A stretch of DNA of 63,251 bases, the filler included, from Licmophora abbreviata (lineage: Eukaryota), in assembly GCA_900291995.1 (NCBI GenBank). It is 10 parts of 10 records of this genome, joined end to end, with 100 filler letters (N's around TTAATTAATTAA, not from the genome) between each part and the next. Parts side by side here need not be neighbours in the genome. Positions count along the whole stretch, not along the records: positions 20,718 to 38,549 come from OLMU01001405.1; 9 more parts are not named here. One strand, written 5' to 3'. Shown here piece by piece: positions 21,341 to 33,107 of the stretch; within the stretch, counting starts at the first letter, position 1, and every line of letters starts with the position of its first letter. A model generated the notes under the pieces. That model was not told where the DNA came from and searched no databases. It saw only the letters and a program-made list of their open reading frames with translations. A program made the translations under genes and the position numbers.

Positions 21341-23636
21341 TCACGCCGTGACGGATCCTAGAACATATGTCTTGGAGAACGATTCGATCGCATCCGAGCC
21401 CACCCGATGGCAAAAGTCTCCAAAAGCCTCAAACTGCTGTCGCTGCTCAATAAACATCGCCAGGATGGGTTCCATTGTCTTTTCGAGATCGTCTCGGTTC
21501 ATCTTGGCCATGAAGGGGTACGCAGTTCGAGTCAGAACGGGACTTCCTCCTAGCCACAACTGGTAGCTCTTCGGGCCGTCTCCAACAAAGGCAAGTTCTG
21601 CCATGTAAGGACGGGCACAGCCATTCGGGCATCCTGTCATTCGAATCAGAATTTCTTCGTCGCTCAGATTCATCTTGTCCAACAACGAGCGCATCCTTGC
21701 GAGATAATCAGGCATGAGTCGCTCAGCCTCCGTCTGCGCGAGTCCGCAAAGGGGAAGAGCCGGACATGCCATCGCGAGACGATTCAGCGGATCAACGTCT
21801 TCCAGAGGCTTGAGACCATGCTCCACCAAAATTTTCTCAATGTCCGCCTTGTCCTTGGGATCGATATCACGGAAAATGAGCGACTGAGTGGGACTAAGAA
21901 TCATGCTGAGATTGTACTTGTCCACAAGCACACGGAGGGCAGTCTTGAGGCGAAACTCGCCCTCGTCCTTGACGCGTCCATTATCCACGTGCAATCCGTA
22001 AAACAACTTGCCGTCGCCCTGTTCCCACCATCCCATCCAATCGTTGTACTTCCATTCCTTGATGGGTCGCCAAGGTTGAACCTTCTTTCCGAAGTAGCTT
22101 TCGACGAGAGTACGAAAGTTGTCAATGCCAAGCGTGTGCACCAAATACTTCATACGTGCATTGGCACGGACGTCACGGTTGCCATGATCGCGCTGACTCG
22201 CCAGAATGCTCTTCATGAGTTCAATCATGTCTTCCTTGGGAACGTATCCCAAATGATCAGCCGCTCGGGCAAACGTATTCTCCTTGTTGTGGGTACGACC
22301 AAGACCGCCGCCCACCATAACGTTGAATCCCTCCAGCTCACCCGTCTTCTCGTCTACTACCACGACACATCCGATATCGTTCGTGTAAATATCCAACGAG
22401 TTGTCTCCCGGAACCGTAACTCCAATCTTGAACTTGCGTGGCAAGTAACGGTCTCCATACAGCGGTTCGGTTGCATCGGGCAGAATAATTCCACGTCCGC
22501 TATCATATCGCATCTGTTCATCGATATTATACTGCGCAACTTCCTTACCCCACGTTTCGACGGTCGCTGCCTTTTCTCCATCCAGCCAGAGTTCCGAAAA
22601 GGCCGGTGTCATGGGACGAAACAAGTGCGCAAAGACCTTGCTCCACTCTCGGACATGCTCGTAGTCTCTACTCGCAAAGGGCGCCGGGGTGCTCATGACG
22701 TTCCGACTGACATCACCACATGCACCGACGGTACTACTGCCAATGTTCATAATGCTGCTAATGACAGTCTTGAGATTGCCCTTCAAGATTCCGTGCATTT
22801 GAAAGCACTGACGCGTCGTGGCGCGCAAGTCGCCCTGTCCATGCTTTGCGGATAGATCATCCAGCAATCGGAAGAGTTCAGGAGGGAGTTCACCGGCAGG
22901 CTGCTTGAGACGCAGCATAAACTGATAGTCCTTGGGGCCCTTGGTCTCGCGATTGTTTTGCTGGTAGGAACCGTGGTACTTGAGAATCTGATAGGCATCC
23001 TTGGAGACGTTAATCTCTTCCGTTTGCAGTTGCTGTGGAGTAAGTCGGTGCAGAAGAGGAACGCCTTGTTAGAGACTCTCAAGAAGCTTCCGTAGCGAGC
23101 TATGCGGCCAGCGAACAGAGAGCTAACAATCACAGTCTGACATCCATCCGTTCACAAAATGCTTCCTATTGTTGTTCCATCGATCAGAGTTCACCCCAAA
23201 ATGTATTGTCCACTGGCTTATGGGACGGGGCCTTTCATATCGTCTGCATATATCGATCAGACGGGGAAAGAATAACTTCATCACATCGACGGAAAACTTC
23301 GATTGAATCTTTACGGGTTCGTAGGTGCGTCATGCTGTGTCATTTTGGTAGAAGCAGCGTGCAATACGACGAAAAATGGCGACAGTCGTCCTGCTTCCTC
23401 TGGAGCACAGTTTCACACTACAAGACGCCCTACCTTCTCTCGACAAGACTCACCTCCTTTAAGGGATGCACGAGATGATCGGAATCAACCTTGAGCTGTT
23501 CAATTTTGGCTAGTTTCTTTTGCTTGGGCATCTCGAGGACCATGTGGAGCGATGTGGACGAACGCCTCGCCGATGGAGCCACAAAGGCACTCGCCGATGC
23601 CATCAGACAGAGCAAAGCAAGAGTTGAGAACTTCAT
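21341..23636 (-). CDS. sir: Plastid ferredoxin-dependent sulfite reductase; exons 23636-23454, 23032-21341
   Basis: ASA-FVAP presequence; LKYHGSYQQ, YLPRKFKI, siroheme/4Fe-4S ligands MACPALPLC and RMTGCPNGCARPY. Confidence 0.95.
23179..23290 (-). ncRNA. Intronic box C/D snoRNA (SNORD12/snR190-like LSU rRNA guide)
   Basis: Box C GTGATGA (23284-23278), D' CTGA (23260-23257), D CTGA (23187-23184), terminal stem GTCGA/TCGAT. The 11-nt guide TTCTTTCCCCG is complementary to the conserved LSU rRNA sequence CGGGGAAAGAA. Confidence 0.75.
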
Positions 23637-24039
23637 GGTTGCGGACAGAACACAGTTTAGCAATGGAATTGTTGGCTCTGTTCACAACGAAACGAAGAAG
23701 GTGCAATGAGTGTGCGTTCGCGCAGGGATTTCGATTGGGAGGTGTGAAGAAGTTCAAAGTTGAATGAATCGACGGCCAGAGATGGTTGGGTTATGAGTAC
23801 GATATTACAACCTCCGGGTGCATGATTTCAGCCGCGAATCTTTGGGTTCTACATACGACAAGATTGTGTAGATTTGTACTGTCGTTGAATGTGGTACAGA
23901 GTCTACAGGTGTCATCAAATAGAAATCTGGCAACTCACAAAGTGAGAAACAGAAGCGAAGCGTTGTGTTGTTGTGATCGTATGTCTTGACTTTGCGTCGG
24001 TTTCTCTCTTGCTTCCACTCTTTTTATCCTGTCATCATC

Positions 24040-26233
24040 ATGAAGACTGCCATCGCCGCTTTCCTGACCACGCTCGTGGTCCCTTCCGCAGCTTTTGCGC
24101 CTCCGACGCGTCTCGTGACAAACAGGAGGATCGAGGCTATTTCTTCTGTAGAACTGAGCATGGCTCTCGACATGCCTCCGCCGCCTGCTACTTCAAATGT
24201 TCCCGAAGTTCAGCAGGCCTCCCCTGGTGGCCCTCCGTCGGACGTTCGCTACTCGGATTTCGTGAAACTTGTCAACGCCGATCGAGTCGAAAAAGTGACA
24301 TTCAGTTCTGACGGCACTCGTTTGCTAGGCGTCGACGTTGACGGCATTCGAATGCAGATCGAGTCACTTCCCAACGATCCGGATCTACTCACTCAGCTCA
24401 CGACCCACAAGGTCGATGTGACAGTACTTCCACAACAAGAGACCGGTGAGATTGGATCGCTGCTGCAGTCGCTCTTGCTCCCTGCGGCCCTCTTCGCCGG
24501 ATTGTTCTTTCTGAGTCGTAGGGCGGGCGGAGGCATGGGTATGGGACCGGGGAATCCCATGGGATTTGCGAAATCCAAAGCGGAGTAAGTTTGACTGAGA
24601 GTCGAGGGAGTCAGGAGGAAGTGCACGCTTTGGTGAAATGTTCTCTTATTCCTCTCATCACTATCATTGTCACCGTTTCTTCTCACCTTCCCATCACACT
24701 CGTCATAGAATCCAAATGATCCCCGATACTGGCGTCACATTCGAGGATGTTGCAGGCTGCGATGGTGCCAAGTTGGAACTTGCCGAGGTCGTTGACTTTC
24801 TTAAACAGCCAGAAGCCTACACCAAGAATGGCTGTCAGATTCCAAGAGGCGTCATATTGGATGGGCCGCCTGGGACGGGCAAAACCCTGCTGGCCAAAGC
24901 CGTGGCAGGAGAAGCCGGTGTCCCGTTCATTAGCATCAGTGGAAGCGAGTTTGTGGAAATGTTCGTTGGAGTCGGTGCTGCACGAGTCCGTGATATCTTT
25001 TCGCAAGCGAAAAAGAACGCGCCTTGTATCATCTTTATTGATGAGATTGACGCAGTCGGAAGGCAGCGTGGTGCAGGGTATGCAGGTGGCAATGATGAGC
25101 GAGAACAGACTGTGAATCAAATCTTGGTGGAACTGGATGGATTTGACGGCAATCCTGGAATTATTACCATTGCTGCTACCAACCGTGTCGACATTTTGGA
25201 TCAAGCCCTACTTCGTCCTGGGCGGTTTGACCGCAAGGTTACGGTGGACCTTCCAGACTTTCGGGGTCGGACCCGCATCCTTGGTGTGCACTCTCGTGGC
25301 AAGCCTCTCGAGCCTGACGTGGACCTCGAGGCCATCTCGCGTCGTACTCCAGGATTTTCCGGTGCTCAGCTCGAGAACCTCATGAATGAAGCTGCAATCT
25401 CAGCCGCTCGTCTGGGCAAGGGTACGATCGGCTGGGAACAGATCGACGGGGCCGTCGACAGAGTCATGGTCGGGCTCGAAAAGAAGGGAGGAAACCAGGT
25501 TGCCAAGCAAAAGGAACTCGTTGCGTACCACGAAGCCGGACACGCCATCGTTGGAGCGCTGGTTCCAGACTACGATCAAGTGCAAAAGATTTCAATCATT
25601 CCCCGTTCCAACGGTGCCGGCGGCCTGACATTCTTTGCTCCTCAAGAGTCTCGTTTGGAGTCCGGCATGTACAGTCGGCATTACCTCGAATCTCAATTGG
25701 CAGTAGCGCTCGGAGGACGCCTTGCGGAAGAAATCATCTATGGTGAAGACATGGTAACGACGGGTGCCTCGAACGACATTCAACAGGTCGCCAACATTGC
25801 CAAACGTATGGTAAAAGAATGGGGCATGAGCGACAAAGTCGGTCGCGTGGCCGTGTCGGAACCGCAGTCGCCTTCCTTCATGGGCCGCATGATGCTTCGT
25901 CGACCCACACAATGGGGCAACAAACTGCTAGGTGACGTGGAAGACGAAGTGGAACGCCTCGTGAACAATAGCTACATTCTCGCCAAGAAAATTCTCAACG
26001 CGAACCGAGACTTGCTAGAGCACTTGAAGACTGTGTTAATGGATCAGGAAATTGTGTCCGCCGAGGAATTTCAGATGATGTTGGTGCAGTTCCAGTCCAA
26101 GACGTCTGGATATGCGGTTCACGGTGACGAGCGAAACCGCGAGGCGTTGCCGTTTCAGTCCCTGCCGGACATGGGCGTCCCGCACAAGGAGTTAGAAGAA
26201 AAAGAAGAAAAGGAGGAAACCGGCGTTGCGTAA
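24040..26233 (+). CDS. ftsH: Plastid ATP-dependent zinc metalloprotease FtsH; exons 24040-24584, 24709-26233
   Basis: SAA-FAP presequence, Walker A GPPGTGKT, Walker [26 protein letters not shown] zinc motif. Confidence 0.96.
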
Positions 26234-26382
26234 AGGACGATGGAAGCTGCGTAGTACTATATTAGGCTCTATTTGCGTTACGAAGTCGTCGTAGTAAGTT
26301 GAAAGTCGTCAGCTCCTACTGATACCGGTAAGATGTTCGGTTTGAACCAGAGCCGACGGCCGCGACAGCAGACACCTCATAT

Positions 26383-26400
26383 TGACGTCATGGATGACGC
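26383..26400 (+). promoter_or_regulatory. CRE/CCRE-like bZIP sites (TGACGTCA and TGACGC) upstream of the PGAM gene
   Basis: Perfect TGACGTCA palindrome at 26383-26390 and TGACGC at 26395-26400, ~170-185 bp before ATG 26569. Confidence 0.3.
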
Positions 26401-26568
26401 AAAAGAACAGAGTGGAGTCGCCGCTGACATTTTCGACCTATTCTTTCAAGAACTCCTTCCACATTCGTCATATTCGTAGTAGATCGTTCTCGAGCTATCA
26501 ACCATGATGCTTCTGCCGTCTATTCAGCGTTTGTTTTGACGCCTAAACCCTCCAGCAGCTAAGCGAAC

Positions 26569-29248
26569 ATGAGAGGTCGTCACATTTTGATGCTGCTATG
26601 CAGTGTCATCACCTCAAGCAGAACCACACTTGGTTTTCAGCTGTCAACAACAACAACAACAACAACAAAGATTCGAAAACGGTATCTTCTTTCGAATGAT
26701 TCTCTGTCGCCCTTGTTCATGTCGAACAAGAAGAGAGGAGGATACGAAGCTACGGAAGGTTATTCTCGCTCCCTCAATCGAGACAATTTCATCCGTCGCT
26801 TGTTTGGAGTACGCCGCAACGATCCGGGACGAGCGCACTTGCAGCAGACCAACAACTTGATGGGAGGCGATAGTAGGAAGGCCGTTTCGACGCGTCGCGC
26901 CAAACATCCAGGGACACTGATTCTCGTACGCAATGGATCCAGTGATGAGTGTGATGACTTTACGGGGTGGAAGGATCCGGATATTGGCCAACGAGGACAG
27001 CGGGAAATGGAGCATGCGGCGCGACTGATTCGAGAATCAGGATATGACCTGGATGTGGTCTTTAGCAGTCGCCTCAAGAGGTGTATTCATTCGGCGTGGA
27101 GTATTCTTAGAGAAATGGATGAACTCTATTTGCCCATCTTTAAGGCATGGAGATTGAATGGACGAAACTATGGGGCGCTCGAGGGGCTGAGCAAGGCGGA
27201 GGTCGCAAAGCAAAAGGGAGAAGCGCTGGTTCAGAAATGGCGCCTCGACCTGGATGCCGTCCCTCCTCCCGTATCCAAGACTGACGCCAACTGGCACGGC
27301 AAAGACCCCAGATATGCTGACTTGGGGGACGAGTGTCCGCAATCGGAGTCGCTTTCGGGATGCATGGCAAGGACGAGCCGTCTTTGGGAGAACCGCATCA
27401 AGCGGGAGTTGGAGATTGGACACAACGTTCTGGTCGTAGGGCACGGAGCGTCACTTCGTGGGCTGATCAAACATATCCAGGGTACGTTTGTTCTGTGGTG
27501 GTATGAAGAGAAGAAAAGTGTCGATCGGTATCTGCCGCTCTGACTTGCGCATCGCATCCTATCGCAGGCCTCAGCGACCAGGACGCTGCCGCCATCAAGA
27601 TTCCCCCAGGAAGTCCCATTATTTACGAATTTGACAAAACGTTGCAGCCCGTGCAACCCACGAAGAAGGAGGAGAATAGAAATGGCGTCTTGAAAGCATC
27701 GTTTTTGGAAAAACCTGGAGCGTTGCAGGAGGCGCTGAAGAAGGAAGACGAATGGCGCAAGCAGGTGCCGGGATACGATTACACAATGGACCGCTCGAAT
27801 CGTGCCATGACTTCGTTGGAGCGCTCGCTTACAAAACTCCAAGCGGAGCGAGAATTGAGAGAGTATGCAGACGACGTCTCGCATTTGCAGCCTGCTGTAT
27901 CCATTGTGTCTCATCGGGTCGCCGAGGATTCCATCAATGGTGATCCGACACAGCGACTTGCAACGCAGGCGGACCTCAGTGTACCCTTGGTGGCACAACA
28001 CCCGTGTCTTGCGCCTCTCCCAGAAGGCGTCGAGCTACCTGCCGATTTACAGCTCCCTGGTCGCAAAGCATCGACGATTGTAATGATTCGCCACGGCAAG
28101 ACGGAACACAACAAGCTGGGACTCTTCACGGGATGGTACGCGACCAACGTCCAACATTGTTCGTTTCTTATGCTCACGTCTCACACTCTAAACTATTGTT
28201 GTCGGAACAGGGAGGATCCACCTCTTGCCGTCGAAGGCCTAGAAGAAGCGAAAGTAGCAGGCAAGCTGCTCAAGAGGAACGGATTCGACTTTGACGTAGT
28301 CTATACTAGTTGGCTATGTCGTGCCATCGAGACAGCCTTTCTTGTCTTGGACGGCCTGGATCGCACGTGGCTTCCGGTCATCAAGACGTGGCGCCTCAAC
28401 GAGCGCATGTATGGCGATCTGACCGGTCGCTCAAAAAAGATGATTGCTCGCATGTTCAGCGAGAAACAGTTCTACAGCTGGCGTCGAGGCTTTAAGGTGC
28501 GACCACCACCCGTCTCTTCTTTCTCGACATCGTATCCTGGAAACGACCGACGCTACAAAAAGTTCCTTACGGACGTACGCTACTCTTTCAGCGAGTCAAT
28601 TATCCGTAGTATTGAACGACGCCGACCTGTCCTTATTCGCAAGTTCCCCAAGACGGAATGTCTCAAAGACTGCAACGACAGAACAATCCCCTATCTGATT
28701 CACAATATCATGCCCGAAGTCGCAAAAGGAAAGCGTGTCCTGATTGCGAGTAGCGAGAATGCTATTCGTGGCCTCTTGATGCACCTCTGCGACATCCCCG
28801 AATCGAAGATTGCAGGCCTCAACATCCCAAACGGCATTCCCATTATTTACGACGTTGCCTCGAGGACAGTCAAGCTGGTCGACGAGGGCGACGGAAGGAA
28901 TCCTCTCGAAAAGTATGATTTTGGGGAGGCAGCCGAGTTTCTGTTTGCCAAGGCAGGCGAAGCCGTGCAAGTGGAAGATGAGGTAAGGCGTTCGAGTGTG
29001 TGCATATATTCGAGTGTCGAGCGCAAAATATATTCACGCTTCCTATGCATTTTGCTTTGGTATCGTTCCAGCTCTGTGACATTGACGGCCTGAGCGATAC
29101 GGCATGGGCGACACTTCATAGTGTCTATGCCATGACACCACTGTCAATTCCCATTCAAGGCGAGCTCGATCCCAGCATGCTGCCCGCGCCACCTGCTCCA
29201 AACCCAAACGCAAGAAAGAAGGAAACAGTACTATTTTCCAGGAAGTAG
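26569..29248 (+). CDS. Plastid-targeted protein with two tandem 2,3-BPG-dependent phosphoglycerate mutase domains; exons 26569-27481, 27568-28135, 28211-28982, 29072-29248
   Basis: Domain 1 has LVRNG, FTGWKDP, WRLNGRNYGAL, GHGASLRG. Domain 2 has IRHGKT, FTGWEDP, WRLNERMYGDL, SSENAIRG. Three in-phase introns; TLG-F presequence. Confidence 0.88.
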
Positions 29249-29321
29249 CCAATGGTACCGCTAGTAATCTAATTGCTTTGATAGAGCAAGTTGGCTGTGT
29301 GTTCTTCTAGAGAGTGCATTA

Positions 29322-30347
29322 TCATATATCATGCAACGAACGCTCGTACAGTCGCATCGACCGATTCCATGAAGCAGCAGAAGTAGCGTTTCTTCTCTCA
29401 TTAGCGCCCAAGGGCAACCGCAAGTCGTCCTCTACACGACGAAATCCAACAGATTTTACAATGGCATCAATTTCGGTTTCAATATCGGCCCGGAGCCTGA
29501 GTCTCTCATTGGACACATCCAATTCGGGTCGCCCCAATCGACGCAGGCGAACCGTTGCACTTCGGTAGCTGCCGTAGTTGTAGTAGTGATGAGCACACGG
29601 ATGAGTATGGGACGACGCTTTTGGGGCGTACTACTGTTCTTCATGATACACGCTCACTCATCAGTTCTCTCCTTACCATTTGGACGGTTGTGGTTCAATC
29701 AAGACAAAGCGACGTGACTGTTGACAGATGTGTTGTATTACTCGTCTAAAATCGTCATCCCCCAAATGAACATGAAGCCACATGGTTGTACTCAACAAAG
29801 AAATGAGGTCGACGGAAGGTCGCCTCGCGGAGGATGCGTTGTCATCGTCGTTCCACATGGTTGAGAACAGATCCTTGCAATCACACACATCGGCCACTTG
29901 AAATTTTCCATTTGATGCGACTAATGTTGACGTTGTCACCGAGGTATGAATCTTAGAGCAACACCACTTGGCGTTGGCACGTTGTATCAAGACGGGATCA
30001 ATATCAACGCCAACGAACTTGACCTCCTTGTGGCTGAAAGTTCGTTCCAGTTCGGTTGCAATTGCCACGGTGAGATCTCCCTCGTTGCATCCCAAGTCAC
30101 AATATCGAAAGGTGATTTTTCTGGTAGAATTCATCTCCACCGTACTACTTGAACTGTTCCTTTCAGCAGCAGCAGTCATACGAACAATATAGTCTAGCAT
30201 CGGCTTCATCGAAGCCACTCTGTCTTGGGTGCTACCGTGAAAGGTGTAGTAATTGTGAAAGTTTCCCAATCGATGACCGCGATCGTCACTGGAACTCCGC
30301 AAGGCCTCTTGTGAGGACTGACTATTCGTTCTTTGGGACGTCGTCAT
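29322..30347 (-). CDS. Bin3/BCDIN3D-like RNA 5'-phosphate methyltransferase; exons 30347-29677, 29568-29322
   Basis: GNFHNYY, DLGCNEGDLT, GVDIDPVLIQRA, STTMWLHVHLGD and EPQPSK|CYRSA are Bin3-family motifs. Confidence 0.85.
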
Positions 30348-30649
30348 CGTATACGTGTTGTTTGTGGGGGTGATGGCGTAACAGTAGACGACACGATGAC
30401 ATGACGACGACGACGAGAGGACCAATTTTTGTGTCGCGCCGCGGTGTCATCTTTTTTTGTTTTGTTATCGCGACGCGTACCTCGGAGTCGCGTATCATAC
30501 CGCGCGACAACTTTTTGTTGCCTCCGCACAAAACACAATCTCGTCTTTCCTCCTCTCTTCTCTTTACTGTCGACGCGACGCCGAAGTCGACTGCAATACT
30601 ATACTTACTGTGCCTCAACTTTTAGCTTCGTTCTGTTGCATCGGAGAAA

Positions 30650-31723
30650 ATGAAATCAGGGGCCTCACGCCAGAACGAAACACGCAATCCTCCTCCTCCT
30701 GCTCATGAGCTCATTACACATAAACTTCCCGATCATGACGACACGGTGGTGGGTGGTGCGTTGGCAATTACAATCGTCTTGGCATGTCTGGTCCTTGGTC
30801 CGATGCTTCCACTCTTTGTCATTCTTCTAGCTCTCATCGGGTATGCTAAGGTTGCAGCGACACTAGCGGCCATCATTCTCGCCTCCATGGCAGTGGCCCA
30901 CCATTCTCCTCGCATCTGCCGCTTGTACCTGCAAGCCGCCAGTTACTTTGCCAATGGTGTGTATTTACACATTGACCCACGAGTCGTTCAAGGTATATCC
31001 AAGAATCCAACCATGTGGTGTATGCACCCTCACGGAACAGCCATGGGATTCGGCTTTACTTTGAACGGAGCGGTTCGATTTAGGGCACAATTGGAAGACA
31101 AGTACGTACCCGCCGAACTCCGCGAGGTGCTCCGGGTACCCCGCATGCGGGCGGCAGACGGTGTCATGGCCCCCATCTTGTTCTGGATTCCCTTGCTCAG
31201 AACTCTGCTATTGGGATTCGGATGCTGCACGCCTGCTACCAAACAGGGCATGCACAGTCTCTTTCAACGTCAATTGGACTTTGGGATACTCCCCGGCGGT
31301 ATGGAAGAAGTGGCTTTGTATACGCATGGGCGAGAACGAGTGTATTTGAAAGAACGTGCTGGATTTATTAAGTATGCACTGCAGTATGGGTATTTATTAC
31401 TACCGGGATATACGTTTGGAGAGTGTGACTTATATTGGAGCATGACGACGGGTGCAAATTTCAGAATGTGGTTGTTGCGACAAAAGCACGGTTTTGTGGT
31501 TCCCGTCTTTTGGGGACCGCTCTGGTACGCTCCGTGGTTGCCGCGAAGGGACGTGGCATTGCATACCGTTCTGGGGGCGCCAGTGCAACTGCCGAAGATC
31601 ACTAACCCGTCGGATGAGGATGTGGCAAAGTGGCATGGGCGATATATAGAGGCGCTCATGGACGTATTTGAAACGCACAAGGAGCGTTTTGGATGTGGTG
31701 ATCGTGAACTGGAGATTGTGTAG
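30650..31723 (+). CDS. DGAT2: Type-2 diacylglycerol acyltransferase (DGAT2/MGAT family)
   Basis: N-terminal TM helices, HPHG, LPGGMEE, RAGFIKYAL, FGE, VLGAPV. Confidence 0.88.
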   Translation: MKSGASRQNETRNPPPPAHELITHKLPDHDDTVVGGALAITIVLACLVLGPMLPLFVILLALIGYAKVAATLAAIILASMAVAHHSPRICRLYLQAASYFANGVYLHIDPRVVQGISKNPTMWCMHPHGTAMGFGFTLNGAVRFRAQLEDKYVPAELREVLRVPRMRAADGVMAPILFWIPLLRTLLLGFGCCTPATKQGMHSLFQRQLDFGILPGGMEEVALYTHGRERVYLKERAGFIKYALQYGYLLLPGYTFGECDLYWSMTTGANFRMWLLRQKHGFVVPVFWGPLWYAPWLPRRDVALHTVLGAPVQLPKITNPSDEDVAKWHGRYIEALMDVFETHKERFGCGDRELEIV

Positions 31724-32047
31724 TATGGTAGCACTATTTTACAGGGCTCTCCTCTCTTCGTTCTCTCTATCGTGGTACGTCGGCGGCAGCTTAACTTCAC
31801 CTCCCACCAGCGGAGCACAACATTTTGTCAATGTGGACGTCAACTACACAAAATGTCAATGAAGACAGACGCCAACTGAAAGGACGATTTCATCAAATAA
31901 GGCTTTTGATTCCATTCCAGTGTCGCAGTGCTGCTATGATAGCAATCTCATTCGACAAAGATCTTGGAGGCCCGTCAAAAAGGAGGGCATTACTGCGCTT
32001 GTCTTCTTTACGTGCTCTCTCGTCCTTACACTGCCACGATCGCCATC

Positions 32048-33034
32048 ATGACAGCCTTACCATGGTCTGAATTCTTTATGGAATACATCTGTCCCAGTGT
32101 GGGAGTCATCATGGCCGGGGTCATGTTTTCCGGTAAGAACAAAAACTTAGGTGTACTTCTGCCTTCTTGGCACCTGTCTCATCGTGATGAGACTCTCTCT
32201 CTACACTCTACTTTTTCAGCTCCGATTCATGACTTGCGGAAAGCTCTAGTCAAGGGGTCCTTGGGAGTTTTGAATCCTTTTCCCTGGAGCATCATGACGG
32301 GCAACTGTGCCGGCTGGGTCTTTTATGCCTACTACACGTCCGATCCATTTGTTCTAGCTGGCAATCTACCAGGCCTCATTATGAGCCTATGGTTGAATTT
32401 GGGCGCAGCGAAGCTGCAGTATTACGATCAGATGAAACAAATTATGAAAGATCATAGTAACAAAGGAGCAGGAAGACATCCGCGACAGCAGCAATCGCCC
32501 CATGAATCATCGGCTTCATCCGTCAGTCGCGACCGAGGTGTTGATGAACCGCCAGTCCTTGTGGGAAACGCTAGTCTTTCTCACGATGAGCAACAGCGAC
32601 TCGTTATGGTACCACAAGAAGCCATGCTGTTACGTTTGCTGTGTGCGTGGTCTGGCGTCCTCGTATGGATCGGGTGGGTCTATCCAGTACAGAATCCGGC
32701 GACCATTGTTGGTCTGGTCGTCAATGCGAACTTGGTCTTTTTCTATGGCGCGCCGCTCGAGCGCATTTGGACGGTACTTCACTCCAAATCCTGCGATAGC
32801 ATTCATCTTTTATCAATGGTTCTGAACTGGACCAATACATCCTTTTGGCTATTGTATGGAATGGCGCGGCGAGATCCCATAATCATGGTGCCGAACGCGC
32901 TCGGATTGATGCTGGGCATCGTGCAGGGAATTCTGTGTCTGCTGTATCCCCGCACGCCACGACACGAATTCGTCACCCCGCGAGAATTCGATCAGGATGA
33001 GAACGAGGAGGCGGTTGAGAGCTTGGTGGTATAG
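32048..33034 (+). CDS. SWEET: SWEET/MtN3 sugar transporter; exons 32048-32132, 32220-33034
   Basis: LNPFPW, GNCAGWVFY, FFYGAPL, FWLLYG and IMVPNALG across two MtN3 halves; 87-bp GT-AG intron. Confidence 0.88.
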   Translation: MTALPWSEFFMEYICPSVGVIMAGVMFSGKNKNLGVLLPSWHLSHRDETLSLHSTFSAPIHDLRKALVKGSLGVLNPFPWSIMTGNCAGWVFYAYYTSDPFVLAGNLPGLIMSLWLNLGAAKLQYYDQMKQIMKDHSNKGAGRHPRQQQSPHESSASSVSRDRGVDEPPVLVGNASLSHDEQQRLVMVPQEAMLLRLLCAWSGVLVWIGWVYPVQNPATIVGLVVNANLVFFYGAPLERIWTVLHSKSCDSIHLLSMVLNWTNTSFWLLYGMARRDPIIMVPNALGLMLGIVQGILCLLYPRTPRHEFVTPREFDQDENEEAVESLVV

Positions 33035-33107
33035 TAGTTCTTGTTGCATAATAAAACTAGCAAATAAAAAAATAAACAAATAAAATGTATCGTAGTGGTG
33101 ACTATGC

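Noticed and set aside
21818..22855. 345-aa antisense ORF opposite sulfite reductase (and similar antisense ORFs opposite other genes)
   Set aside because: Shadow ORFs expected from codon bias of the real gene; no motifs.
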